A DNA stretch of 64,000 bases from Paragordius varius (lineage: Eukaryota; Animalia; Nematomorpha), in assembly GCA_964247055.1 (NCBI GenBank), contig OZ176058.1:682001-746000 (forward strand), written 5' to 3'. Under the pieces are notes generated by a model, which was not told the DNA's origin, did no database searches, and saw only the letters and a program-made list of their open reading frames with translations. Both the position numbers and the translations under genes were made by a program. Each line of letters begins with the position of its first letter. The first letter of the stretch is position 1. Of the stretch, positions 13,414 through 25,668 are shown in pieces.

Positions 13414-16400
13414 AAAAGTGACATAAACGGATAAAACCTAAAAATATAAAGACAAAAATAATTTTTTTAAAAAACAACCATACTTTTTTAAAAATTATTA
13501 ATTAATCTTATAAAAATTATTTAATTACAATCAGAATTTATATATAATTAATATTATGGTTTACCAATTATTTATTATCTTTATTATATACTTTGCAGTT
13601 TAAAAAACAATCATTAATATTTAAAAAAAATAAGATTTAAAAAGCATATCATTGTTTTTTAGAAAATAAAATTATTTTTAACATTTTGTCCGTTAAAATT
13701 TAAATTTTTAATATATATATATATACCATTTACAATTCAAATTCACCCTTAAACAATTCAAATTCACCCTTGAACAGTTCAAATTCACCCCAAAAATAAA
13801 TTACGTGTTTTCAAACTAATATAACTCATTATTAATATAAAATATATCTTTATGGCGCGCATAGTTTATTATTTTTTCATGATTATTTTAATTTTAACAA
13901 AATTTTATTTTTTAAAAATATATAAAAAATATAGATAATTTTAATCTTAAAATATTTTATTTTTAGGGTAAACTTGAATTGTAAATGGTAATAAGGTAAA
14001 ATATATAAGTAGCAACAATCTTACTAACTTCACCCCAAATATTTCAAGTTTTACTGTATATTTTAGTTTAAAACTAAATGATTCTGACCAAAAAATTTAT
14101 TTTTAATTGATATTAATAATAATTTTTGCTATAACACCTAAAATAAGGTAAAAATTAGTTTTTTTAAAAATCTAAATATCTAATAAACTGTTTTTAAATG
14201 TCTACAAAAGAACCTATTGTAATAGTTAGAAAAATAATTTTTATATGCTTATAAAACCTATTGATTTTGGCAATTAATAATAAAAAATAAATTCAAAAAT
14301 TTTGGTTAAATTTAAACTTAAATTTTTTTTGAAACAACTTGAAATGTTCATATAATTGATTGATTTAAAAATCTAAATTAAATATCTAATAAACTGTTTT
14401 TAAATGTCAAAAGAACTTATTTTAATTATTAAGAATATTAGTTTTTATATGCCATGTCTAAAAACCTATTCAATTCTGGCAATTAGGTTAAAAAATAATA
14501 AAATAAATGCAAAAATTATGGTTAAATCTAAACTTAAAATGTTCAAGGACCAACTTGAAATGTTCAAGGACCAACTTATAATTTTTTAACAACTTAAAAT
14601 GTTTCAAAGACTAACATGAAATGTTCAAAAACCAACTTAAAATGTTCAAGAACCAACTTAAAGTGTTAAAAGACCAATTTAAAGTGTTAAAAAACCAATT
14701 TAAAATGTTCAAAGACTAACTTGAAATGTTCAAGAACCAACTTAAAGTGTTCAAGAACCAACTTAAAATGTTCAAGAACAAACTTAAAATGTTCAAGAAC
14801 CAACTTGAAATGTTCAAAAACTAACTTAAAGTGTTCAAGAACTAACTAAATCACTTTTTATTTTCAAAGGCAAAAAAATATAGCTAGTTTTTAATGTCTA
14901 AAAAAACCTATATAGTTCTTGTAACTAAAAGCAAATATTTTATACTGTATACTAAGCAAATTTGAAATTATTAGATTTTTGCACATTTTTTTAGATGATA
15001 TGAAAATAAAATTATAATATTAGGAGGGCTTATAATATCAATCTTTTGTTCCAAAAACTAATTTATAAAAAATACGTTTTTAAAAATATTGTCTAGTTTT
15101 AAGTTTCTATGTCCTATAAGTGAAATTCAAAATGTTTTTACATAAAATCTCAAAATTTAAATTGTTTAAGGGTGAATTTGACTTGTAAATGTTATATTAG
15201 GGCTTTATTATATCAATTCTTTGTTCTGAAAACTAATCTATAAAAAATATTTGAAATTATTCTGCACTAATCCATTTTCAATACACAATTTTTACAGAAA
15301 AAATCTAAAAACTGCAAAATGTTTAAGGGTAAATTTTAAATGTTTAAGGGTAAATTAAAGCTTTATAATATTAATCCTTTGTTCTATATAAAAGTAACGT
15401 TTTTAATTAATATTTAAAAATTTTTTGCTGTTTTATATGTGAAATTCAATTTTATAGTTTGTAAAAAATTGCAAAATTCAAAATGGTCAAGGGTGAACTT
15501 GAATTGTAAATGGTATATTAAGTTTTAAAAAATACGTTTTTAAATATATTGTCTAGTTTTAAGTTTCTATGTCATATAAAAGAAATTTAATTTTACAGAA
15601 AATAATCTAAAAATTCAAAATGTTTAAGGGTGAATTTAAATTGTAAAACTTTAAATCCTTTGTTCCGAAACTAATTTATAGAAAATATTTTATACTGTAT
15701 ACTAAACCATTTTAAACAATTTTAACCTAAAAAATCTCAAAACTCTAAAAATTGCAAAAAATTAAAATTTTTAAGGATGAATTTGAATTGTAAATTATAA
15801 TATTAGAGTTTTACTATATATCCTTTGTTTAAATTTCTATGTCCTATAAATAAAATTCAATTTTTAACCTAAATAATCTTAAAAAATGCATATTCAAAAT
15901 ATTTTTACATAAAATTTCAAAATTTAAAATGTTTTTACATAAAATCACAAAATTTAAATTGTTTAAGGGTGAATTTGAATTGTAAATGGTAAATTAGACT
16001 TTATAATATCAATCCTTTGTTCATAACTATTCTATAAAATGTTTTCAATACAATTGTAACAGACAATCTCTAAAAAACTTCAAAATGTTTAAGGGTAATT
16101 TTGACTTGTAAATAGTATTGTTCGATACTATTCTATAAAAAATACGTTTTTTTAAAATATATTGTCTAATTTTAAATTTTTATGTCCTATAAATAAAATT
16201 CAATTTTTAACCTAGAAAACCTAGAAAATCTCAAAAAACTGCAAAAAATTCAAAATGTTTTTACAAATAAAATCTCAAAATTCAAAATGTTTTTACATAA
16301 AATCTCAAAATTTAAATTGTTTAAGGGTGAATTTGAATTTTAAATTCGAAACTATTATATAAAAAATCGTTTTTAAATTCATTTTTAACCTAAAAAATCT

Positions 16401-19400
16401 CAAAAAACTGCAAAAAATTACAAAAAAGTAAACCTCTTTCCTAGGTTGGTCAAGGGCATCCCACATAGCAGCCACAATATTAATAACCAACCCCAAAAAA
16501 TATTTCAAGTTTTACTTATTTTATAATGAATAGTTTTTTGACCTAAAATTTTATTTTTAATTGATATTAATGATAATTTTTGATAAGACACCTAAAATAA
16601 GGTAAAATTCGTTTTTTAAAAAAATATTTGAAATTTCTCTGCTGTTTTTAAATGTTAGATCCTTTTTTATTCAAATCGAAAAATCTCACAAAAACTGCAA
16701 AATGTTTAAGGGTGAATTTAAATCGTATATGGTATTGTTCGACACTAATCTATAAAAAATACGTTTTTTAAAAAATCTAAATATCTAATATACTGTTTTA
16801 TAAATGAAATTCAATTTTTAACGTAAAAAACTGCAAAAATTCAAAATGTTTAAGGGGGAATTTAAATTGTAAATGGTATATTAGGGCTTTATAATAACAA
16901 TTTTTTGTTCCGAAAACTAATTTATAAAAAATTGCAAAATGTTAAAGGGTAAATTGGAATTGTAAATAGTATTGTTCGAAACTAATCTATAAATACGTTT
17001 TGAAAAAATATATATATATATGACTAGTTTTAAATTTCTATGTCCTATAAATAAAATATAATTTTTAACTAAAAATTTAAAATTCAAAATGTTTAAGGGT
17101 GTAGAGCTTTATAAGATCAATCCTCTTCCCGAAACTATTCTATAAAAAATATTTGAAATTTCTATGTCCTATAAATAAAATTCAATTTTAACCTAAAAAA
17201 TTCATTTTTTAACGCAAAAAAATCTCAAAAAATTTACAAAATTCAAAAAACCTCTTTCCTAGGTTGATCAAGGGCATCCCCCACATAAGAAGTAACAATT
17301 TTACTAATTTCACCCCAAAAAATATTTCAAGTTTTACTTATTTTATAGTGTAATAGTTTTTGGACATAAAAATTTATTTTAAATTGATATTAATGATAGT
17401 TTTTGATATAACACCTAAAATAACGTACAAATATAATTAATTTAAAAATTTTAAATATCTTATAAACTGTTTTTAAATGTCTGCAAAAGAACTCATATTA
17501 ATAGTTAATATTAGTTTTTATATGCTTATAAAACCTATACATTGGCAATTAATAAAAAATTAAATTCAAAAATTATGGTTAAATCTAAACTTAATTTTTT
17601 TTAGAAACAACTTGAAATGTTCAAGGACCAACTTAAAGTGTTCAAAGACGAACTTGAAATGTTCAAAGGCCACGTTAAAGTGTTCGAGGACCAACTAAAT
17701 TCTTTTTTATTCACAAAAGCGAAAAAAAATCTATATACTTTTTGTATCTAAAAAAATGTTTTTACATAAAATCTCAAAATTCAATACGTTTTTCAATATA
17801 ATTTTAACCTAAAAAATCTCAAAAAACTACAAAAAATTTACAAAAATCAAACCTCTTTCCTAGGTTGATCAAGGGCGTCCCACATGGCGGCCACAATCTT
17901 ATTAATTAACCCCAACAAATATTTCAAGCTTTACTTATTTTATAATGAATAGTTATTTGACCAAATAATTTATTTTCAATTGATATTAATGATAGTTTTT
18001 GATATAACACCTAAAATATGTAAAAATTCGTTTTTTAAAAAATCTAAATATCTAATAAACTGTTTTTAGATGTTAGATCCTTTTTTTATTCTTAAAATCG
18101 AATAATCTCAAAATTTCAAAATGTTTAAGGGTGAATTTGAATTGTAAATAGTATTGTTCGAAACTAATCTATAAATACGTTTTGAAAATATATATAATTT
18201 TAGAGTTTTACTATATCAATCCTTTCTTTCAAAACTAATCTATAAAAAATATGTTTTTAATTTGAAATTACTTTGCTGTTTTATAAGTGTCAATTTTTAC
18301 AGAAAAAATCTAAAAATGGCAAAAATTCAAAATGATTTTACATAAAATCTAAAAATGGAAAAATCTAAATGTTTAAGGGTGAATTTGAATTGTAAATTAT
18401 AATATTAGAGTTTTACTATATCAATCCTTTGTTTAAATTTCTATGTCCTATAAGTAAAATATAATTTTTTAACCTAAAAAACCTAAAAAATTCGTAAAAA
18501 ACTGCAAAAATCTCAAAAAAACCGCAAAAAATTCTAAATTTAAAAAACCTCTTTCCTAGGCTGGTCAAGGGCATCCCACATGGCCGCAACAATCTTACTA
18601 ACTTCACCAAAACTTGCTGTTGGGTTCTGACCCTTTATAGCGGCTTGAGTATCACGGAAAAATAAGGCATAAGCACTTACAGGTCTATATATTAAATATA
18701 TTGAGTAAAAGATAAAAAAAGTTAGAATATTTATTAGTTAAAAGTTTACTAAAAATATTTTATCAGTTAACGAGTAGGCTTTTAAAAAATACCATATACA
18801 ATCATAGAATTGAAAAAAAGCTAAATAAATTCTTAGTAAAATTGATATTTGTCATATAATTTTTGGCAATTTTACTAGGTCATAATTTGAATGGGTTAAG
18901 ATTTTAATACACAGGGGTCAAAAATATTTTAGTAGTCAACGAGTAGGCTTTTAAAAAATACCATATACAATCTGATAATTGAAAAAAATGATAATTATAC
19001 AAAATCTAAAAGAAAATTTATATTTGTCATATAAATTTTGGAAATTTTAATAGGTTAAAATTTTCATTAGTTAAGAGTTTAATACGCAGGGGTCAACAAT
19101 ATTTTAGCAGTCAACGAGAATTTTTCACGAAAATAAATACCACTTATCATAGAATTGAAAAAAAGCTAATTTTTCAAAATCTAAGTAAAATCGATATTTC
19201 TCATATAAATTTTGGCAATTTTAATAGGGTAAGAGTTTAAAAGGTTAAAAGTTTAATGCAGCGGTATTAAACTTGCGGCCTGGTAAAAATATTTTAGCAG
19301 TCAAAAATACTAACAAAATTTTATATTTAACAAATGCTAATTTTACAAAATCTAAATAATTATTTTGTCCTTTTATAGCGGCTTGAGTATCACGGAAAAA

Positions 19401-21464
19401 TGGCATAGGCACTCACAGGTCTATATATTAAATAAAAGATAAAAAAGTTAAAATATTTATTATATAAAGAGGGGGGGGGAGAATCCTAGGACATTATAAA
19501 ATATACCATTTACAGTTCAAATTGACCCTTGAACAATTTAAATTCACCTTAAATAAATTCACCCTAAAATTCAAATTCCCCCTTGAACAATTCAAATTCA
19601 CCCTTGAACAAATCAAATTCACCCTCAAATAAAATATATGTTTTTAGATTAAAAATTACCCAATATTTATATATATATATATATTAAAAAAATAAAAATT
19701 TTGTTTTAAATTAAAATAATACTGAAAAAATGATAAACTATGCCATAATGATATATTTCTCATCAATAATGAGTTATATTAGTTCGAAAACACATAATTT
19801 ATTTTTAGGGTGAATTTGAATTGTAAATGGTAATATTAAATAAAAGAAAAAGTTAAAATTTTAATAGGTTAAGAGTTTAATACGCAGGGGTCAATTATAT
19901 TTTATCAGCCAACGAGTAGGCTTTTAAAAAATACCATATACAATCCTAGAATTAAAAAAAAGATAACTATACAAAATCTAAGTAAAATTTAATATTTTTC
20001 AATTATTTGGCAATAAAGTAGTAAAAATTGTATAATAAATAATAGTTTAATTGTTTGGTTTCTTTGTAATGTTATGATTGAAACTTAAATTCTTTATTTA
20101 ATCTTATAAATCTTTCAAAATAATTATAAATGCGGCCTTCGTAGTCATTTGTGTTGAACTCCCCTGGTTTAATGGTTATAATTTTTACAATTTTAATATA
20201 TAAAATGGGTGTGTTACCAATTTACATTTATATTGCTTTAAAAATGATAAGTATTTAAAAAATACAGCTTAAAATTGTATGGTATCATTAAAAATAAATA
20301 CTTTTTCTACGATTTGTCTGTATAATTTAAATTCTTACCGATATATTGTCAAATATTGTCATTTTATCTCAAATACCCTATTTTAGATTAAACCCACATA
20401 TTTATTGGTGGTTGTAATAAATTACTCGCGTGGAAGAAACAAGCCTTTGCTGTGTTTATTTCATTTGAGTAAATTATTTATACCACCATTATATATTGTT
20501 ATTCGCGTATACAATATAAAAGTAAAAGTAAAAAATTTTTGTGGTTCATTAGGGTCTCGCTTTTTTTTAATTTTTTTGGTCGGACTGCCCGAAGATGCTG
20601 AGCTTCTTCTAGTGTATGGTTGTGTTTTGAAAAAAAATATTTTTACTGTATTACTGATAAATTGTCAAATACTGTCATTTTATCTCAAATACCCTATTTT
20701 AGATTAAATAGCTCTCATAATTATTGGTGGTTGTAATAAATTACTCGCGTGGAAGAAACAAGCCCTTGCTATGTTTATTTCATTTGAGTAAATTATTTAT
20801 ACCACCATTATATACGATATCAAAATATGTGTAAAAGTAAAAATAACTTTTGTGGTTCATTAGGATCTCGCTTTTTTTTAATTTTTTTGGTCGGACTGCC
20901 CGAAGATGCCGATGAGCTACTCCCGCTATTTAGCGTTGGAGAGATTGAGCTTGAATGAGGGACATTTGAATGAAAACTTGTTGTTGTTTTAAAAACATTG
21001 GGCAGCCTTTGAGATGCGGTAGATATTTTATCATTCCTAGCATTACTTTTCTTATTATTATTGGGTCCAGATAAGCGTTTATTGTTATTACTATTAATAA
21101 CTCCAGAATTATGATGATTTTGAGCTATTGGATTAGACCTATTTTTGTTTTGGCTTTGATTGTTACTGGTAGCTTCCTCTAAACTTGCGTACCCGTTTGA
21201 ACTGAGCGAGGAAGTAGGTGATGTACTTTGAGACGGGTTATTTTTATCAATCATATTATTCATATCCATTTGCTGTTGTGAATATTTATCAATATCCGTA
21301 AAATTAAACGATTGTGAAATGGTTGAATTTTGAATGGAGGATGATACAGCATTTTGTTCTTGTATAGTCGGAGCATTTAAAATTTCCAAATCCTCATCAC
21401 TTAATTGCGGTAATTCGCTCGATATCAGAGAGGAAGAAGCTGTCGTTGATACGGTTGATCCAGT
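3373..21464 (-). CDS. TOX4: TOX high-mobility-group box family protein (TOX4-like), exons 2-8
   Basis: Hand-assembled exons 21464-20848, 18684-18549, 13276-13175, 12013-11800, 10277-9970, 5536-5364 and 3472-3373; all are bounded by AG/GT and the phases match (2,0,0,1,0,2). The translation contains [14 protein letters not shown]|[45 protein letters not shown]|[21 protein letters not shown] (the TOX-type HMG box) and a C-terminal CQRFDC...[12 protein letters not shown]|DVFNYW, matching the TOX3/TOX4 CSNECVVKHCRDVF motif. Confidence 0.93.
4239..5298. mobile_element. TA-flanked non-autonomous TIR element with an expanded 21-bp array (CAACTTGAAATGTTCAAGGAC)n
   Basis: Left end TAGCATTTG...GGAGTGTC and right end GACACTC...CAAATGGTA are inverted; repeat units are inverted in the left arm and expanded to about 35-40 in the right arm. 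Related fragments at about 14330-14850, 17580-17700 and 62530-62660. Confidence 0.75.
5561..5738. mobile_element. MITE family C (TIR CAGTAGCGTATGGCATAAAAC, TA target; Tc1/mariner-type ends)
   Basis: Near-perfect inverted ends between TA runs. Other copies at 24232-24366, 24470-24644 and four at 28897-29773. Confidence 0.85.
5885..6203. mobile_element. MITE family B (TIR TACCATTTACAATTCAAATTCACCC with 21-bp subterminal repeats), representative copy
   Basis: Inverted ends flanked by TA. Further copies at about 11309-11569, 13724-13990, 19504-19832, 22435-22726, 25082-25414, 25669-25976, 26221-26532, 32950-33145, 34495-34721, 35371-35611, 39097-39410, 39727-40000, 44847-45151 and 63471-63703. 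Confidence 0.85.
6400..9900 (-). pseudogene. array of about 12-15 degenerate copies of the 3' end plus donor of TOX exon 10277-9970, embedded in duplicated intron sequence
   Basis: Recurring plus-strand ATTTACATTTCCTGGAACAAGGAGATTTGAAT(...TTTTGCTTGTCATTCGATA) at about 9825, 9635, 9465, 9220, 8955, 8715, 8480, 8135, 7855, 7675, 7285 and 6910; increasingly decayed away from the exon. Confidence 0.85.
10586..10832. mobile_element. MITE family D (TIR CAGTCATGTATCCTTTATTTTATC, TA target)
   Basis: Inverted ends and internal inverted GAGCTCT motifs. Other copies at 10324-~10540 (truncated), 25501-~25668 (truncated) and 42776-43000. Confidence 0.85.
12295..13050 (-). pseudogene. copies of acceptor plus 5' start of TOX exon 12013-11800
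   Basis: Variants of AATGGTTTATAACTCGTAACATACCCTTCGCCAGTCTAAAA at about 12450-12490, 12685-12720 and 13015-13050; shorter ones at about 12300 and 12860. Confidence 0.8.
14015..17900 (-). pseudogene. copies of the 3' half plus donor of the TOX HMG exon (18684-18549)
   Basis: Copies at 17853-17900, 17252-17315 and 16434-16480 (all keep GAG|GT), plus a remnant at about 14015-14045. Confidence 0.9.
19362..19420 (-). pseudogene. copy of acceptor plus 5' half of the TOX HMG exon, with a 2-nt deletion
   Basis: TATAG|A CCT GTG AGT GCC TAT GCC A TTT TTC CGT GAT ACT CAA GCC GCT ATA AAA GGA CAA AAT aligns to PVSAYA(L)[13 protein letters not shown]. Confidence 0.9.
20348..20905. repeat. about 316-bp tandem duplication spanning the donor of TOX exon 21464-20848
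   Basis: GTCAAATA(T/C)TGTCATTTTATCTC at 20348 and 20664; the downstream copy carries ...[14 protein letters not shown] coding sequence at about 20535-20600. Confidence 0.9.
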
Positions 21465-22881
21465 CTATTATAAAGTTTGTAAAAAGACATTAAAAATATA
21501 AAAAAAATTTAAGCGATAATTTATTTATAACAAACAGTTAATCAGGGGTTAAAACTAAACATATTATGGATATTTTTCTTAGCCTACCTTTGCAATTAGA
21601 AGTTATAGTACTTCCTATCAAGCAATATGTGGCTATGAAAAGAAAATTTAAAGAAAACGGCTCCACAAAAAGGAAAAAAAACGAGTATTAAACTATAACC
21701 AATCGGGTTAAAGCATCTAAGCATAAGAAATAATAATTATGCTATAACAAAGTAATTTGAATGTGGTTTGGATATAAAATTATACGACGTTAATATATAT
21801 AAAAAAGGTTAAAACTACTCAGCTAATAAAAAAACTTTGATAAACTAAATAATATATGTATTAATTTAAAAGCTAATATTTAAACATACTTACCAATATA
21901 TATAGGTATTCGCAGAAATTATAAAATGTGTTTTAACCAAACTCAGTTTTTTTATAAAAATATGTTGCAGAAACAGAAGAGTGCCAATGATATAAGAATT
22001 TAGAATATGAAAAAAATTTTAAGTTGAACTACAATAGTTTTAAGATTAAATAATGAACAATATTAATTTCAATTCAATAACGGTTAACTAGCATAACACA
22101 GTTATAAGCTATTCTTTACCGAACATATATATTAAAATAACAAAATAGTAAAAATACGCGAAAAACTAAAAAAAATATAAAAAAATCAATAAATTCTATA
22201 TTATAATAATACTAAATGCAATGTCCAGTAAAATCCACATATATATCATAAATAAGCTTTTGTAGTCAGTCTTATTAAAGAAAACAGAAAAATTTGCGGT
22301 TTTAAATAATATAATCAATTATTATCAAAAGTTTCTAATAAGACCATCTAATTTAAAGTTACCAATTTAACTAAAAAGGGAAATACTAAGTAGTTGCAGG
22401 CAAGGTGAAATCGTTAGAAATTAGCAATTAAATATACTATTAACAGTTCAAAATCTCCCTTAAACAATTTTAATTCACTCTTAAACAATTCAAATTCACC
22501 CCAAAATAAATTATTGCCTTAATTTCATTATATTTTTAAAAAATGAAATTTGTTTAAAATTATAATACAAAAAAACTAAATTATAAAGATATATTAGCCC
22601 GAAAACATATAAATTATTTTTAGGGTGAAATTAAATTGTTTAAGGTGAATTTAAATTGTTTGAGAGTGAATTAATATTGTTAAAGGGTGAATTTAAATTG
22701 TTTAAGGGTGAATTTGAATTATGGTATATTTGATTATATTTTAATATAGTATCTAATTTTGATATTCCATATTCTAGACTAATAATAATTTAACTAAATC
22801 TCATTGTTTTAAAAATAAAATGAACGGTATAATATAATTAGCTATAAGCGTCATTAATTGGTGAGATAAAGATTGTAATTA

Positions 22882-23182
22882 CAGTAAAAATTAAAATTAT
22901 ACGGACAAAATGTAAAAAAATAAAGACATTTTTTTTTTCAAAAGACAACCAACCATACTAATTAAAACCTTAATTTATGCTATACATTTAATATAATCGA
23001 TCTTAAAATACTTAATTGATTGTGTTACCAATTTACATTTCTATATGATTATAGTTTGTAATTTAAAACAATAAGTTATATTTATAAAAATCAATATTAA
23101 AAAATACAATTGTTGTCTTTATGAAAAAATTTTTGTCTTTATATTTTCACGTTTTGTCCCCGTATAATTTCAATTTTTACTG
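22882..23182. mobile_element. MITE family E (TIR CAGTAAAAATTGAAATTATACGGACAAAAC, TA target), representative copy
   Basis: Inverted ends. Many copies at about 424-707, 900-1395, 2172-2410, 3840-4138, 13410-13710, 40162-40453 and 56376-56538. Confidence 0.85.
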
Positions 23183-24121
23183 TAATTTTAAAAAAAATAT
23201 TAATAAATTTATAAAAAAAAATATTTATATATATATATATATATTCTTAAAAATTATTTTAATTAATAATTTATCAAAAAAAACTAAAATGTATATTCTT
23301 ACAAATTATTTTAAATAATCTATTTTAATACCAATTAACAAATATATACATACAGTTTGAAAAAGTATATATATTGCTAGAAAGTTATTAATTATGGAAA
23401 GAGAATTATTATTGGCAAACAATAGAGTAAATAAAAGTGAAAAAAATAACTATAAGCCAATAATACTGCCCCCTTTGTTATATATGTATGCTATTTAGCA
23501 ATAATATATAACTTTCTTATATACTTACTTAAACTGTATTTCGCATTTTAAATTATATAAATATTAAAAATAGGTTAATTTCAATGAAATTAAACAAAAT
23601 TTTTATTCTATATTGATGAATTTAACTACCTTTAAAACCAATATTTTTTCTTTTTATCATATAAATATTAAAAGAAATTATAGTTAGACAAGATGCAGTA
23701 TGCTAGAAAGTTCTATAAAATATTCTCAAATGATATATATATATATAACAAATTATTATTGGCTAATATTAATAAAAAGTGAAAATCTATAACTATAAGC
23801 CAATATTACTGCCCCCTTTATATGTAAGCTTTTCTATAATTTTTAACTTTCTTATATACTTACTTACATTGTAATTAGAATTTTATATATAAATATAAAA
23901 ATTATGTTATGTTAAATATAATTAAACAAAATTTTTAATCTATATCAGCACCAATTAAATTAAATTACCTTAAAACCAATTTTTTCTTTTTATCATATAA
24001 ATATTAAAAATAAAATAAATGTAAAATAAAAATGAAAGTTATATACAGGAAATAATTGAAAAATGTAAAAATGTCAATTCATTTGCTTTATATCATTACT
24101 TAACATACTGTAGTTATTACA

Positions 24122-24171
<50 letters not shown>

Positions 24172-25016
24172 CAAAAGGTTAATGAGCTTTTAATAATAAT
24201 AAATAAATACTAAATTCAATTGCATTATTTACAGTAGAGTATGGCATAAAACATTTATAGTCCATAAAAGAATAAAAAACTAGTTTTATATACACATATC
24301 CATAATATCCCCTTGTTTTACAATATTATTTTATGGATTAATATTGTTTTATACCATAGGCTACTGTATAATGTATTGTTTAAACGAAAAAATATATTGT
24401 GACATTAGATAATATAATAATTTGCTGATTTAAACAAATTTATATATATTTAATGAGAAAAAACAATCGCAGTAGCGTATGTCATAAAATAATATTAGTC
24501 CATAAAAGAATAAAAAATGGGTTTTTTTCAAAAAAACAAGGGGATATATTCTGGATATGTGTATATACAACTAGGGTTGTTTTTTAAAACTACATATTTT
24601 TTATTCTTTTATGGACAAATATTGCTTTATGACATACGGTACTGTATCAAACAAAAAAAATAACATTAAAAAAAAGCACTAATAATATTATTGATAATAA
24701 AAATCGAAAAATCAAATGTACATCCATCGATAACTAACATAATAAGATACATAAAGGCGCTATTTATTACTAAATAGGTGAGATATATAAAAAATTTAAG
24801 TTAAAAGTTTATACTGCAATTTATTATTTATAAAAGTCAGCATTAGATTAAAAGTCAAAATTGTTTTTAATTAACCAGAACTTTTCTTATTAACTAACTT
24901 TACAGGTGTTTAGAGACCTCATATCATTTTAATTTTAATTCCTAATTAATTTGAAAAATCAAATAAAAGTTGAAACCAACTTATATATATGAAATGTTGA
25001 GAATATAGAGTAAGAA

Positions 25017-25023
<7 letters not shown>

Positions 25024-25083
<60 letters not shown>
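25024..25083. repeat. (TA)n microsatellite, one of dozens; this one abuts a family-B MITE
   Basis: About 30 TA units directly followed by TACCATTTAC. Confidence 0.95.
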
Positions 25084-25085
<2 letters not shown>

Positions 25086-25447
25086 ATTTACAATTTAAAT
25101 TCACCCTTAAACAATTCCACCCTTAAAAAATTAAATTCACCCTTAAACAATTCAAATTCACACCCTAAAAATAAATTAAGTGTTTTCGGGCACTAATATA
25201 ACTCATCATTACTAATAAGAAATATATTTTTACGACATGGTTTAATATTTTTTCAGCATTATATTAATTTTAAACAGAATTTCATATTTTTTAAAAATAT
25301 ATAAAATTAAAGGTAATTTTTGATCTAAAAAAACATAATTTATTTGAGGGTGAATTTAAATTGTTCAAGGGTGAATTTGAAATTTTCGAGGGTGAATTTG
25401 AACTGTAAATGGTCTATATGAAATGTTCAGAAATAGATTAATAAACA

Positions 25448-25492
<45 letters not shown>

Positions 25493-25668
25493 TATATATA
25501 CAGTCATGTATCCTTTATTTAATCAAAAATTTATTTTTTTTCATTAAATAGGGGTAAAATAATTTGGTAAAGAATAAAAAAAACAAGAGTTCTATGGTAA
25601 TTCTTATAATTTTTGGTGAATATGATATTGTTTAATACCCATAGAGCTCTTGTTTTTTTTTGCATTCT

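Noticed and set aside
16305-16508. ORF containing [15 protein letters not shown]
   Set aside because: Not an independent gene; it is a half-exon copy embedded in intron sequence, with a non-ATG start.
20405-20707. 100-aa plus-strand ORF
   Set aside because: It is antisense to the duplicated TOX exon end; a chance open frame.
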